DNA of 64,000 bases from Nitrosopumilus sp. (GTDB lineage: Archaea > Thermoproteota > Nitrososphaeria > Nitrososphaerales > Nitrosopumilaceae): the NCBI GenBank assembly GCA_965214775.1, contig OZ243974.1, positions 576,001 through 640,000 on the forward strand, in the 5' to 3' direction. The position numbers and the translations under genes are program-made. Positions 10,024-21,190 of this stretch are shown piece by piece. A model generated the notes under the pieces. The model ran no database searches. It worked only from the letters and a program-made list of their open reading frames with translations, and was not told the origin of the DNA. Position 1 is the first letter of the stretch; the number at the start of each line of letters is the position of its first letter.

Positions 10024-10603
10024 GTGGTTTCCTCCATCCTGTTCCTAAAAAGGGTTGTCGTGAGATCATGTTTGCGTCTTTGGAAGACATAAATCAAGAT
10101 GGCAGATGACATTTTTGACATGGTCAGGAATGCGTCTCAACCTGCGGATCTAGCCAAAATGTATGCAAGGCACACTACGGGCAATTGGTACAGGGCCGTT
10201 AAGGCAAGTGATGTTCTGAAGCATTATTACAGCCCGTTCTCACTGTGGGCCGACATGCATGCGGATCCTGCAGGTATGGGGTCACGTCCATCTGCTGGCT
10301 ATGCACGAAAATCATAATCGTACATGCCAATTTGGTGAGGACCCCAAAAAAGTAGGAACGATCTGCAATGCACACTTTTTCCCAATATCATGCATAGATC
10401 TCTTGAATAGATAAATTTCATGTAGCATGAGAAGTACGAGGCCACCAAGATGAGTGATTGTCAAGTACCATGACAGCAGCCTCATGATGCCTCCGCATCT
10501 ATACCCAGCTCCTCCCGTATACGCTTGGCTAGGGTTGCAACACACCTGCTCCTTGAGGAGTCTACCAGGACAAACTGCGGATCCACGTCGCGCATGAACC
10601 GCA

Positions 10604-10825
10604 TTATGTCCGGATAGCAGCATCGTTTGTGTCGTCCTTTCGTGCCTCCTGTCTCCTGAGCTCTGCCGTGACGGCGTCTTGCACCTCGGACGGAAGGTTC
10701 TGGGCATCAAGCAACGTTGTCCTGAGTCCCGCGATTACATCGTGAACCGAAAGGGTCTCGTTTTTGATGTGGGGCGCAAACGTGTTCTTGAATGTCTTTT
10801 TGTCAGATGAGTCTTGGAGAGTCAT
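10604..10825 (-). CDS. Small hypothetical protein
   Basis: 73-aa ORF with a paralogous remnant at 379-513. Confidence 0.55.
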   Translation of the reverse strand: MTLQDSSDKKTFKNTFAPHIKNETLSVHDVIAGLRTTLLDAQNLPSEVQDAVTAELRRQEARKDDTNDAAIRT

Positions 10826-11057
10826 TCTTTTCCATCACCACTGTGCATGCTTGGCCATACTCACGCTTATACTTTGACACCTCCTTAGTTTGTTGGACAC
10901 ATGATAAAAACACCCCCACCGCAGTCATGGCGGCGGATCAACCCCTCGTTATGCATGTGCTTCGCGCACTATTTGTTGAATGGGAATATCCGAGCTGCCG
11001 TGTTCCTGTGCCTTGCGCACTGATGGATGAATGCAGCTTCTGGTCCATCAAGACCAG

Positions 11058-11194
11058 ATAGATGATCCGAAATCAGAAGCCGTACGAATTTTTCAAGTGG
11101 TTTCACAGATAATTTGTGTTCTGTTGATATTTTGAGCTGTTTCATGCAAACTCGTTCGCACATAATCAGAATTTGCTAATTTCGAATCAAGTCT
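11058..11194. mobile_element. MITE family B copy 2 (137 bp)
   Basis: Same length and ends as 174-310; flanks CAG/CTG. Confidence 0.85.
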
Positions 11195-11256
11195 CTGACA
11201 GGTGATATCTTTTTTGTCATGCAATGCAATCCGTGGCTGCGTTACCCATATTGCGA

Positions 11257-13278
11257 TCACCAGCCAAATAGCTTCCAGACAAAGTCCATGAACATCTCGA
11301 AGAGCCCGCGATCCTCTGCCTGCCTTGTGGGCTTGGGCACTGCGGGCTCTGCCGGCATTGTTGGTTCTGGAGACCCTGCCGGCTCTGCCGATATCATGGG
11401 TTTTATTGGCTCTACGGGCACTGTGGGCTCCACGGGCACCGGCTCCACGGGTTCCGGCACGAACGCCGGCGGCATGACAGGATCCGCATCCCTTGCGCCA
11501 CTGTTTGAAGGAACCTGAAGAATGCCGTCATCCTGGGGGATCAGGCCGGCAGGCTCGCGGTACGTGGAAAATGTCTCCTCGCCCACGCATTCCTGTACGG
11601 TTATCCCCTCAGATGCGCTGAGGATGCTCCGGCCCGACATGGCGTGTACCTGCACGCCGAGATACGACTCGTCAGCTGCAATGCCGGATGTAAACACGAT
11701 GCGTCCCTCCAGCATCTCGTCGGATATGGCAGCCTGCTGCATGCCGTATGCCGTTGTTCTGACCTGTGCGGAGACCAGCTCCGGCTCGTCGGGTCCTGCA
11801 ATGATTCGGACCGTGCCGGCGTTGCAGTCCCATGATACGGAGTACAGGTCGACGTATATGTCATCAAGTGATCCAGAGGCCGGATGGCCGCCACCACCGC
11901 CACCACCACCGCCACCGGAGGATGACCTTGACGTCTGGCGGTCGCGTGGCAGTTCGGGCGTTGGCGGCAAGGTCTCGTGCGGGTCAATCGGAATTGGTGG
12001 AATGCTAGGAGGTCCAGGCGGGCCGCTGGGATCCACAGGCGTGTCAGGAGGCACCAGATCCCGGGGCGGTGGGCCGACCGTGATGAAATCTGTAAAGTGG
12101 AATGTCCATACGGTCAGATCCGCATCCACGTCTATCTTGCATTCGCCGGTGCCGTTGAGCTGGACTGATACGGACTCGTGGTCGTTGTGGCTGCAGGTCT
12201 CGTCTATTGATACCGGCTCGTCATCCCCTCCGCCCCGGTGGAAGAGGACGTTCTGTCCTGCCTTTTCCTCAAACGTTACGCGTATGGGTTTGTCAAATGT
12301 CAGCATGTCGTCATACAGGCCCATGTGCAGCGTAGATCTTACGTTTCCAGTGCCTCCGTCAGGGCCCGACACTACCGGTACGTGAACCTCGGTGAATGTG
12401 GGCAGGTTTACTACTCCGTCCCAGTCCGGTGGCCCGGTTATCTCGGTGTCGTTTCTGAGGAGAAGGTCGGCGCTTATGCCCTCAAAGACGACATCCATCT
12501 CAAGGTCGTTGGGAAACGTAGCCGTGCTGTTGCCTCCTGCCTCGCCTGCATCCAACAGCAGGTTCTCAAGGTTGAGTCTAGGCTCGTCGGTCTGCTCCGT
12601 CACTATGATCTTCCTCAGCAACGTCCGGTCACTGTTGATTACCAGCTCGTTGTGCTCCAGCGTATGGTCATAGACGATCTCCAGAGTGTTGTCAGGGATC
12701 CTGTTTTGCTCCAGTATGACGGGCTCGTAGCTGAGGATGTTTCTGGTGCTGTGGGAAGCGTGGACGGTATCGACTATGGGCACGGGCCGCAGCTCCGAGT
12801 CGACGCCCAGATAGCGCTTGGTGCTGTGGGAAGCGTGGACGGTATCGACTATGGGCACGGGCCGCAGCTCCGAGTCGACGCCCAGATAGCGCTTGGTGCT
12901 GTGGGAAGCGTGTGTAAACTTTACATACAGCTCCGGCGGCGTCACCTGCTCTGGCTCGACAGAGATGCTCATGGCCGACGCTGTACCCGTGCCGGCTGCC
13001 GCCTCCGACTGGGATCGAACATCCCGGATCTGGGCCGTGTCGTTGAGGTGCGGCGCTATTCGCACCACAAGGGACGACGGCGGGTCGTGTGACATGCTGT
13101 TCGCCTCCGACACTGACATGACCGGCTTGGGTGCGGCCTGTGAGTCGTGGTGCTCGACACGGACGTCTATGGAACCTGCAGACTCCCCGGTTTGCGCCGC
13201 TGCAAGGGAAACGGCGGCAAGCGCCCCAATCAGGGCGACAGCCATCGTAATACTCCGCATACGCAAAATTTGCATCAC
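11257..13278 (-). CDS. Secreted/cell-surface protein with Pro-rich linkers
   Basis: Signal peptide, TFHFTDF motif, poly-Gly, C-terminal amphipathic FEMFMDFVWKLFGW; in-frame 75-bp tandem repeat at 12744-12912. Confidence 0.8.
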   Translation of the reverse strand: MMQILRMRSITMAVALIGALAAVSLAAAQTGESAGSIDVRVEHHDSQAAPKPVMSVSEANSMSHDPPSSLVVRIAPHLNDTAQIRDVRSQSEAAAGTGTASAMSISVEPEQVTPPELYVKFTHASHSTKRYLGVDSELRPVPIVDTVHASHSTKRYLGVDSELRPVPIVDTVHASHSTRNILSYEPVILEQNRIPDNTLEIVYDHTLEHNELVINSDRTLLRKIIVTEQTDEPRLNLENLLLDAGEAGGNSTATFPNDLEMDVVFEGISADLLLRNDTEITGPPDWDGVVNLPTFTEVHVPVVSGPDGGTGNVRSTLHMGLYDDMLTFDKPIRVTFEEKAGQNVLFHRGGGDDEPVSIDETCSHNDHESVSVQLNGTGECKIDVDADLTVWTFHFTDFITVGPPPRDLVPPDTPVDPSGPPGPPSIPPIPIDPHETLPPTPELPRDRQTSRSSSGGGGGGGGGGHPASGSLDDIYVDLYSVSWDCNAGTVRIIAGPDEPELVSAQVRTTAYGMQQAAISDEMLEGRIVFTSGIAADESYLGVQVHAMSGRSILSASEGITVQECVGEETFSTYREPAGLIPQDDGILQVPSNSGARDADPVMPPAFVPEPVEPVPVEPTVPVEPIKPMISAEPAGSPEPTMPAEPAVPKPTRQAEDRGLFEMFMDFVWKLFGW

Positions 13279-13280
13279 CG

Positions 13281-15862
13281 TCAGTTTATCGCGATGTCAA
13301 ACAAGTAATCAACCAGAGAGTGTCCGGCCAGATCCTCAATGGCATTACTCACATGCAGCGCCGGCGACTTTGCCCATGCGGGTATCGGTTCGCTAAGCGT
13401 AATGGTTATGGTGTCATTGCTTATCGACACTTTGCTGGCCTCTATTACTTCAGCATGCACGGTCACAATGCCCGTCCTCCACGGATGAACCACGCAAAAG
13501 TACGGGTATGTTCCTGGATAATCGAACTCGTTTCTGTATTGCCCTCCGGACATTATGAGACCACTGTCAAAGCCGTTTGGGTAGCTCTCGCCGACTGCGC
13601 TTGCGTCAGCGCCCGGGTCGCCTGCCGTCACGGTATGAGCCGCACCATCGCCGTTGATCCAGGTTATCTCTCCGCCTACACTGATCGTCACCTCGTGCGG
13701 GATGTAGCACTCACTGGTCTCCTCACAGCCCGGAGCCGACGAGCCGAGTCCGAACTGGACTGTGGCAGAGTCTGGGCCGGCCTCATCTTCCAAAGATACA
13801 TACGTATGATCCGGATACGGGGACGTGTGATTTAAGAGGTCTACGCCACCAGGCCACGCCTTCCATCCTTTTCCATAGTCATACTCGAACAAGTCGTGGT
13901 CCATAACCTGCTCTGACACCCTGACTGTGACCATGGTGCCCGTGGCACTGGATAGAGTCACGTCAAGTACGCTCGGGCGGATCCGATCCGTTGTTATGTC
14001 TGCTGCATGCGTTGCGGACTCCGTGGTCAGGCCGCGCCGGTCCGTTGCGGCGCCCTCCCTGACTCCCACCGTTATCGTGCCGTTGTTTGTGATGGGTACA
14101 GTAAAGTCATAGAGAGCACCGTGAGACCTGCCCCATGAATTGACATAACCTCCCAGCCCCGATACCAGAATGTCGTTAGAGTCAAAACCTCTAACATTAC
14201 GGTCATATTCGACGTCATAGTGTAATTCGTTTGATCGGTCTGTCGATGCAAACGTGCCGTGACCTGGATAGTGGTTGAAATTCGTCGTTATGGATGCCTT
14301 GACCGGAACGGCAGGCAGTAGTTTTAATGTTCCCGTCTTATGACCATTGGCATAGTACATAGTATCGTCTGAATCAATCCGATAAGGATGTGGAGCTCCA
14401 GAAAATTTGGTAAATGTGTCAGTGGACGGCACGAACTTGTAAAAAGACCTAGTATCACACCCGCTAAAAAATATGTTTCCCGCGCTATCAGCTATTGTGG
14501 GATGTATGTTATACTCACAAGTGTATGGCAAGGTAATCTCAGTCACTTGGCCCGTAGAGGTATCAAGCTCGATAATATTGGTCGTATGGCGCCCAACATG
14601 ATTTCCAAAATAAATTTTTTCGTCGTGAACAGCAAAGCCATTGGCAAAGTTATTACCCAAGACACCATCCAAATCCCAGCGGGTGAGTGTGCCGCCACCG
14701 TCGTCGTTAGGAACGAATCTCAGGATATCTCCTGCGGCTGTTGGTTCGGTGGCAAACACTCCTGAAGGGCCTACATGACTGATGGAAAATGAGACACGGG
14801 ATGCATTCGTGTAGTAATACGTTACCGTGCTGTCATCTGGATCAAATTTCTGCATAAAGACCACATTTGATCTGTTTGGTTGCTCATAATCTGTTATTTT
14901 GTAGGTCGTTTGTCCTTGCGATACAACCTCAAACCGTAGCACAGCATCCTGAGCCCAGTCCTTCACCCGCACCTCATAAGTTCCCACATCCAGGCCAGAG
15001 GTATCTTTAACAAATGTGGTATAACTTGTAAAGCTCCCATCAGAGCGGGCAATTCCGGTACCGGTGACTGTATGGCCTGATGGAGTCGTGAGTTGGGTGG
15101 TAACATACCCAGATGCGCCACCTACATGAACACTATAACCCGGATCGTGATAAGAAATCTCCTCAATGGTGAGATTGCCAAGTGGGTTCGCCACATATGG
15201 ATAACCAAGCTCACTCCGCACACCTCCATAAATTGCGTCGTCATACGGTACATACCTCTGGCTAGCCATATCATATCCCACATCGGGCCAGCTGGTGAAG
15301 GTTCCGGTTGCAGGATCAAAAGATGCCATACGTTTATCTTGACTGAAGAAAACCCTGGATCCGTCTACAAAGCCGGATCCTGCATAATGTCTATCATGCA
15401 ACCGCCAACCCTCCGGCGCCGTCCAGACGGTCTGCGTCCCGTCGTCCCGGTCAATGCGCGCTATCTTGTATTCACCGAGTCCAAACAGGTCGTCGTCAGG
15501 AGAGTTTGGCACTACGGCTCCAAAATTAACGCCACCATGATTCTGGAACCTCCATTCATTTACCTCGATCTCGTCTAGAATCTGCGCATCTGCCTCCCAA
15601 GAGGGAAGGTCCAGCGGCGAGGCAGAGGCGTCACCTGGCCCGGCATGCACGGCATCTGATTTTACGGTAGCAGTAAACGACAGCACCTCGTAGGTCTCTG
15701 GAACTACGACCCTTGTGGAAGTAGTGGCTGTGCCATTTCCTTCTACGGCTTTGTGCTGTGTTGCTTCATACTGTTCAATGCTACCCCCCCCCCCGTGGTG
15801 GTTACTGCAGTCAGCCCGAGTATTAGTACTGCTACTGCCGGGACGGCCCACAAAAGTCTCAT
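13281..15862 (-). CDS. Surface protein (beta-propeller, Ig-like, cupredoxin), frameshifted at a G11 tract
   Basis: Signal peptide MRLLWAVPAVAVLILGLTAV from ATG 15862 is out of frame with the 856-aa ORF; AAHTVT...YFCVVHPW cupredoxin motif. Confidence 0.8.
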
Positions 15863-16146
15863 GTGTCCTATAATTTGATTCAGGTGTATTTTACGGTTGT
15901 GGGTTGCGGTTCTGTGCAATCTTGGGGATATGGATCTTCTCTGGGAACTAGGAAGTTATCGGTGGGCGATTTCAGCTGGGACACATCGGTAGATCGGACT
16001 GCATCTTGTAAATTAGAACGTAGTCTGCTTTCCCACATGCTTTTTCTCTGGAACAGGGGCCTGCATGACGTAGTGTCTACGTCAAATAATCGATCATAAC
16101 TTTGACACATCGTGCCTATTTTGACACAAAACTGATTGGTTTTCAA

Positions 16147-16228
16147 TAGACTTTATGCGTAATCTACCTGAATGAGGTGAATTTGTTCGTAATAATCCTA
16201 GATCTGAACCGATTACGCATAAAGTCTA
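16147..16228. mobile_element. MITE family C variant
   Basis: TIR TAGACTTTATGCGTAATC/GATTACGCATAAAGTCTA. Confidence 0.8.
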
Positions 16229-16485
16229 ATTATAGATACTACGTTGTTGATCTGGGGCAGGTTTGGAAGCCTCCCGTCAAAATAATCCTTGATTGTGTAA
16301 ATCTGAATCTTTGGATGTTTTGTACCTAGCGGCATCTCGGTCATGCCGCTGGATGCGGCCTCCTTTTTCATTTTGGGTGTTGGCTCCCTCATACATACAA
16401 ATATGCCAAACCTCGCACCTTTGCGCTCCACCATTCCATTGAGGTCACGGACCATTGCAGAACCTATCTGATGTCCTCCCTTCAC
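16213..16485 (-). pseudogene. Fragment of Mrr-like endonuclease domain (methylase-fusion type)
   Basis: VKGG..MVRDLNG..GIFVC..PT..M..EA..PKIQI; lacks its N-terminus and ends in a MITE. Confidence 0.7.
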
Positions 16486-16713
16486 GGGGACTCACTTTCC
16501 CATATTTGGGATAACCCTTGGAATCTGATCCAATATGGATGTATTCCTGCCGTCAGCTAAGTGAAAAGTACCCCAGATCTGACATCATGGTGGGGAGCTT
16601 AGGCTCTGAGATAAACCGCCATGCCCTCCAGAAGTACAGCATGTAAACAGTTAACCGTCCAAACCAGCTCTTTTATCACCACGTTTTTTACCACATGTTG
16701 TGATTGAAAACTA

Positions 16714-17460
16714 ATGGCTGCAGGCAAGGCACTCATCTTTCTTGTGATCATTGTGCTGGTAGGCGCCGGTATCTGGTGGGGTGTCAGTTCATGGTTGGAC
16801 GGGGAAGTCGAACAGGAACGTGTAGAAAAAACACTGTATCCGAACACTCTTGAGATGTTGGATGATGATCTTAGAAAGCTCTCTTGGGAGTCTGGCGAGA
16901 TAGGCATCATAGCGGGGTGGAAGGGTGACATTGAGGCCTGTGTCATGATTGACAGTAAACAGAGTTATAGAGAGATTGTAGGAAAAGCTGATAATTGGCT
17001 GGATAGGGTCGAGGGGTTTGACAGGAGGACGTTAGAGTCTGTACTGGATTTGGAGCATAGGTTTGAGATGCCTGCACATGACTATAACAACCTAAAGGTC
17101 ATGTTTGGTTGGATCAAGGCTTGTATGGATGATAAAACTGCCAAATTTGGCCAGGTTAGAGACGAACAGCCTGTGGAATATTGGAAAGATGGTGAAGAAT
17201 CCGAAGGGGAATTGAATGGCGAGGATTGGATAGAGAAGATGGATGCAAACCTGCAGCTGTGCAAGTCGGCCGGCAATCTGCTGGATTTGCAGTTCCTCCG
17301 TGATGATTTGGATCTGCAGCTGCCTGTAATGTATGCAGAGGCGCCGGGTTTTACCGAGGAGCAGATGGCATCTCTTGAGATGAATGCAGAAGATCTCACC
17401 GCATGTTTCGAAGAAAAGATTACAGAGTATGTGTCAAATACCCCTGATCCATCACCCTGA
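16714..17460 (+). CDS. Membrane-anchored protein with two Cys-pair helical domains
   Basis: N-terminal TM helix; C-terminal domain paralogous to 38925-39257. Confidence 0.8.
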   Translation: MAAGKALIFLVIIVLVGAGIWWGVSSWLDGEVEQERVEKTLYPNTLEMLDDDLRKLSWESGEIGIIAGWKGDIEACVMIDSKQSYREIVGKADNWLDRVEGFDRRTLESVLDLEHRFEMPAHDYNNLKVMFGWIKACMDDKTAKFGQVRDEQPVEYWKDGEESEGELNGEDWIEKMDANLQLCKSAGNLLDLQFLRDDLDLQLPVMYAEAPGFTEEQMASLEMNAEDLTACFEEKITEYVSNTPDPSP

Positions 17461-17529
17461 CTACGGCGGGGGCGTTTTTATCATGTGTTCAGCTGCTGAT
17501 GGAGCGTAAACACTTGCATCCTGTACGGG

Positions 17530-19227
17530 TTATTTCTTGAGACGTTTTTTGATGGCAAATGCCGCTGCCGTGGGGGCCACAATATAAATTCCCAAGTTCA
17601 ACGCAATGACTGAGATACCCAAGCCCATTACCTGCGACTCGGACCCTTCATCAGCTAGTGTCATTATTGTGAGAGTCGACAGCATTGGAGTGATAGTCAG
17701 TTTCACTGCTTCACGAAATGCGGGATTTTCTCTTTCAAGATCAGCTATTGCCGGCGAGAATGAATAGTAAACATGGTTAAATGCGGTCATAAAAGATGCG
17801 CCGGATGCAGTGTTCAATATGGTATTGTCTCTTGTTTCTCTAAGAAGTTGTACCTGTGGTGCTAATTCGGAGCCAAATGCTGCAGTAGCTATTAGACACC
17901 CCCCAGAGCTTTTTGTACTGGTGCTGCTTTGAGGCTGACCGGAAGTGATTGGAGTCTGAGCTTCATCCAGATTGACTGTTACCGTGAATCTTTCTACGCT
18001 TGAACGCCCGGATGAATCCGTTGCAGCGCATGAAACCGTGGTTGTTCCAGGCTCAAAAACCGAACCTGAGGGGGGATTGCAATTTATCTGAACGTTTGAG
18101 TCGGTATCGTCTGTTGCAGTGACTTTGAAACTAACCGGCTTGCCATTGGGGTTTCGGGTTTCAACAGAAATTGGTGACGGGACTGTCAGTTTCGGTGGAA
18201 CGCTGTCGTCTGTGTTGATTACATACAACATGCCGTCTTCATTTCTGACATACAAAGTCTTTGTAACCGAGTTAAAACTCATTCCCCTTGGTTCTGAGGG
18301 GAGTGAAAACTCATCTAGAACCTGCTTTGAATTCGTATCAATGATCTTGACGGATTCTGATTGTTCACTCAAAACATAAAGACGGTTGGTGTCTTCATCA
18401 ATGTCCAGTTCGTAGGCACCTCCGCGAACCTCGATCGCATCGCTTACCTGATTCGTTTTGCCGTCGATTATTGAAATGTAATTGTGGGATCCATGTGAAA
18501 CGTATATGGTATCTGTATTCTCGTTTATGGCCAGATGATAGGCCGGCAGTAGTTTGATTGTGGACTTGGGGGGGATTTCCTTGCCGGTTAGTTGAGAATT
18601 TCCATCTATCACTCCCATAGATCCTGTATAATATGAAATGGTGTACACCTGATTCGTTTTGTCATTAACATCAATATCAGTTGAACCAGTTCCTTTGAGA
18701 ATAGCCTTTAATTCAAAGGTTCTTCCATCCATGAATCCTACCCACGTATCAGAATCATAACTTGCGGGAAAAATTATCAAATTCTTTTGCGAGTTTACCG
18801 CTATCCCACCTGGAAGATAGTCCGCCGTACTTGTGATACTTAGAATATGCTTAGTGCTTGCTTTAAGTAGATTGGTGTTTGGAATTTCTTGAATGATGTT
18901 TGTCGCACCGTCTAACTCGTACAAGGCATGAGGAGCACCATGAAGCAACAGATAGATTTTGTTTGTGTTTGGGTTTATGTCCATTTGGGAAATTTCAAAT
19001 CCCACATTAATTACAGCCTCTAATTTGTTTGAATCGCCATCAATTACTGCAATTTTATGGTCATTAGGGTGACTATAAAGTGAAACATAAATTTTGTTTG
19101 TTTTTTCATTAATGACAATTTCACTAGGTATGCCGCCGTCCAATTCAATCGATTCTTGAGCAAACACGGGAACGGTGAGGAACGGAATTAGGCAGATTAC
19201 GACTAGAATTAGAATCTCAATCCTCAA
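17530..19227 (-). CDS. YVTN/YncE beta-propeller + HYR domain + CFI-box-CTERM surface protein
   Basis: Repeated TNKIYV/IDG..N blades; PP..TVP..TATD..GTTTVSC.ATD; GGCLIATAAFGSELAPQVQLLRE. Confidence 0.9.
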   Translation of the reverse strand: MRIEILILVVICLIPFLTVPVFAQESIELDGGIPSEIVINEKTNKIYVSLYSHPNDHKIAVIDGDSNKLEAVINVGFEISQMDINPNTNKIYLLLHGAPHALYELDGATNIIQEIPNTNLLKASTKHILSITSTADYLPGGIAVNSQKNLIIFPASYDSDTWVGFMDGRTFELKAILKGTGSTDIDVNDKTNQVYTISYYTGSMGVIDGNSQLTGKEIPPKSTIKLLPAYHLAINENTDTIYVSHGSHNYISIIDGKTNQVSDAIEVRGGAYELDIDEDTNRLYVLSEQSESVKIIDTNSKQVLDEFSLPSEPRGMSFNSVTKTLYVRNEDGMLYVINTDDSVPPKLTVPSPISVETRNPNGKPVSFKVTATDDTDSNVQINCNPPSGSVFEPGTTTVSCAATDSSGRSSVERFTVTVNLDEAQTPITSGQPQSSTSTKSSGGCLIATAAFGSELAPQVQLLRETRDNTILNTASGASFMTAFNHVYYSFSPAIADLERENPAFREAVKLTITPMLSTLTIMTLADEGSESQVMGLGISVIALNLGIYIVAPTAAAFAIKKRLKK

Positions 19228-19711
19228 CTAGTACATCAGGGCTGTATGCACTATATGAAAATTGTGTAACTGATCGGACTCTGGAAGTTCAGATATGAAT
19301 TTTGTTACTAATGAATGCCAATCAAATAGAATTTGTGCCTGAAGCCAGAAACGACTTCCAGAACCCGATCAGTTACTTCTGTTCACATCTCGCCTATCTG
19401 CGTTTGGGTTTGTTGATGATGTGTGCACTGCAGCCTATTGATGCTCGCAGGCTTGGCAATTGCATTGACTCCGATATCCTGCGCGGCCTCCGTTCGTCGA
19501 TGCTCCGGTCTGTCGCACACATGATCGACTACGATAAAACCGGTACTTGTTTTTTTTGACATCGGCGGGCCAAACAAACCTGCAAATGCATGTCTAATTA
19601 AACATCCAATTGAGCAAACTTCAGATGTTGTTGCAAAAGCGGCATGTGAGAAATCTGTTGCTGCTGACTGATTTTATTACTTTTTATTGAACATCGACAA
19701 TTTCACTAATC

Positions 19712-20035
19712 ATGAATATGTGGAATGAATTGTATGTTTCTATGGTTTTAAAATATGTGAAAAAACACAAGCCCACTCCCGATGAATTTCAAAAGTATGC
19801 TGATGAGACGTATTATGGTTTTGAATTGGGACGAGAAGATTATGAATCTAAGTACAGAGATAAAGGAATGATAACATCAGGAGAGAATGATGAATTGATA
19901 CTTACGGATTTTGGAAAAACAATTCTGAGCAATGTTCGACTTGAGAAGTTTAAGGATGCAGTTCAGATTTTTGCTCCAATTGTCGCACTACTCATAACTA
20001 CTGCCGCATTAGTCTATTCGATAATATTCATCTAA
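19712..20035 (+). CDS. Hypothetical wHTH-like protein with C-terminal TM helix
   Basis: LILTDFGK motif, hydrophobic tail. Confidence 0.6.
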   Translation: MNMWNELYVSMVLKYVKKHKPTPDEFQKYADETYYGFELGREDYESKYRDKGMITSGENDELILTDFGKTILSNVRLEKFKDAVQIFAPIVALLITTAALVYSIIFI

Positions 20036-20198
20036 GTGAAACGTGCCAAAAAACCAAGTAAAAACAGAAGCTGGGCAAGAAACACGACGCCTCAAATTAT
20101 GCCCACAGGCAAGACAAAAACAGCAATCCACTCACATTTCACTTGGCTGACGTGACCAATGCTTTTTTATTATACTGATTTTCTGATCTTTACTAACA

Positions 20199-20414
20199 AT
20201 GGGAGATCCTAATATCATGGTATACATGTTTGAAGCCGACAGTGCCCAAAAGTTGCAAGAATTGGTTAATGATTTTTTACAGAAGCATTTCATGCAGGCC
20301 AATAGATATGTGATTAATTACAGTCATACCCATACAAATAACCACAAGTTTCATTATTCTTGCATGATCTGTAAAAACTTGGCCCAAAGTGGCAGTGGCG
20401 CAACGTATCCGTAA
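20199..20414 (+). CDS. Small hypothetical protein
   Basis: 71-aa ORF after AT-rich promoter-like sequence. Confidence 0.5.
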   Translation: MGDPNIMVYMFEADSAQKLQELVNDFLQKHFMQANRYVINYSHTHTNNHKFHYSCMICKNLAQSGSGATYP

Positions 20415-20469
20415 ACGGTTTACTGCCAAATCCCAACCCTTTTTACCATATTAAATTTTGGTACAGTCA

Positions 20470-20590
20470 CAGTCTTCCCAGAAGTACCACGGCAAGTTAT
20501 CCCGGGATAGGAACAATTCAAATGAGGGTGCCTGCAGATCCGCTTGCCACCTTCTGCACCACCACGAGTCGGTTACTTCTGGGAAGACTG
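20470..20590. mobile_element. MITE family A copy 2 (121 bp)
   Basis: TIRs plus 5-bp TSD AGTCA. Confidence 0.9.
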
Positions 20591-20816
20591 AGTCATGGCA
20601 ATACCGAAGGGTGAGGGAGCGCAAAAGGTGCAATTCAGTACTTCCTAGGTGTGCTTTTGCAGACCCGCCACGGCATAGCCACTAATTTCGTTTACGCATA
20701 AGGTCTATAGATCAAATCTACGGATCCCTCGCCGATATCGTCTAGAACATCCAGATTGTCACCAAAGCATAGCCTTCCATTATTCGGGGGAGGGACTCGT
20801 GGCTTCGGCGTTCATA

Positions 20817-20993
20817 TCAATCCACCACAATCCTGTTGTTTTTGATTCGGAACGTGATGGACTCTGGTTCACCTAGCATTTCCAGAATGGGTTTCGGTAT
20901 CCTGCATGATGTACTGTTTCTTCCATCAAACGAGAGTTTTACGGAAAACTCGGTTTCATTCTTCTTCCATCGTGTCAATATGTTGTGCACCAT
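20817..20993 (-). CDS. Small AbrB-like regulator divergent from tRNA/transposase
   Basis: MVHNILTRWKKNETEFSVKLSFDGRNSTSCRIPKPILEMLGEPESITFRIKNNRIVVD; absent from the ORF track. Confidence 0.7.
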   Translation of the reverse strand: MVHNILTRWKKNETEFSVKLSFDGRNSTSCRIPKPILEMLGEPESITFRIKNNRIVVD

Positions 20994-21000
20994 GAAGATG

Positions 21001-21060
21001 TATAAAAATCATACGTACGTATAACCGTTAGGTATAAATAAACGTACGTATAATATAGTG
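21001..21060. promoter_or_regulatory. Divergent promoter region with TATA-like boxes and two ACGTACGTATA repeats
   Basis: TATAAATAAA ~30 nt upstream of the tRNA; repeated palindromic ACGTACGT. Confidence 0.55.
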
Positions 21061-21063
21061 CAT

Positions 21064-21149
21064 GGTGGGTTCACTCAGTCGGTTAGAGTGGCAGGCTTAT
21101 GACCTGCAGGGTTTGACAGCCTTCGTGGGTTCGAATCCCACACCCACCG
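21064..21149 (+). tRNA. tRNA with anticodon TAT (Ile-AUA), long variable arm, G73
   Basis: Perfect stems GGTGGGT/ACCCACC, ACTC/GAGT, GCAGG/CCTGC, GTGGG/CCCAC; TTCGAAT T-loop; 17-nt variable region; T-run downstream. Confidence 0.88.
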
Positions 21150-21190
21150 TATCCTTTTTGTTCTATATTAATTTTCGAGGAGGGGTGTGA

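Noticed and set aside
10099-10317. 72-aa ORF, possibly the N-terminus of a RecB-like nuclease
   Set aside because: Too short and truncated to assign by eye
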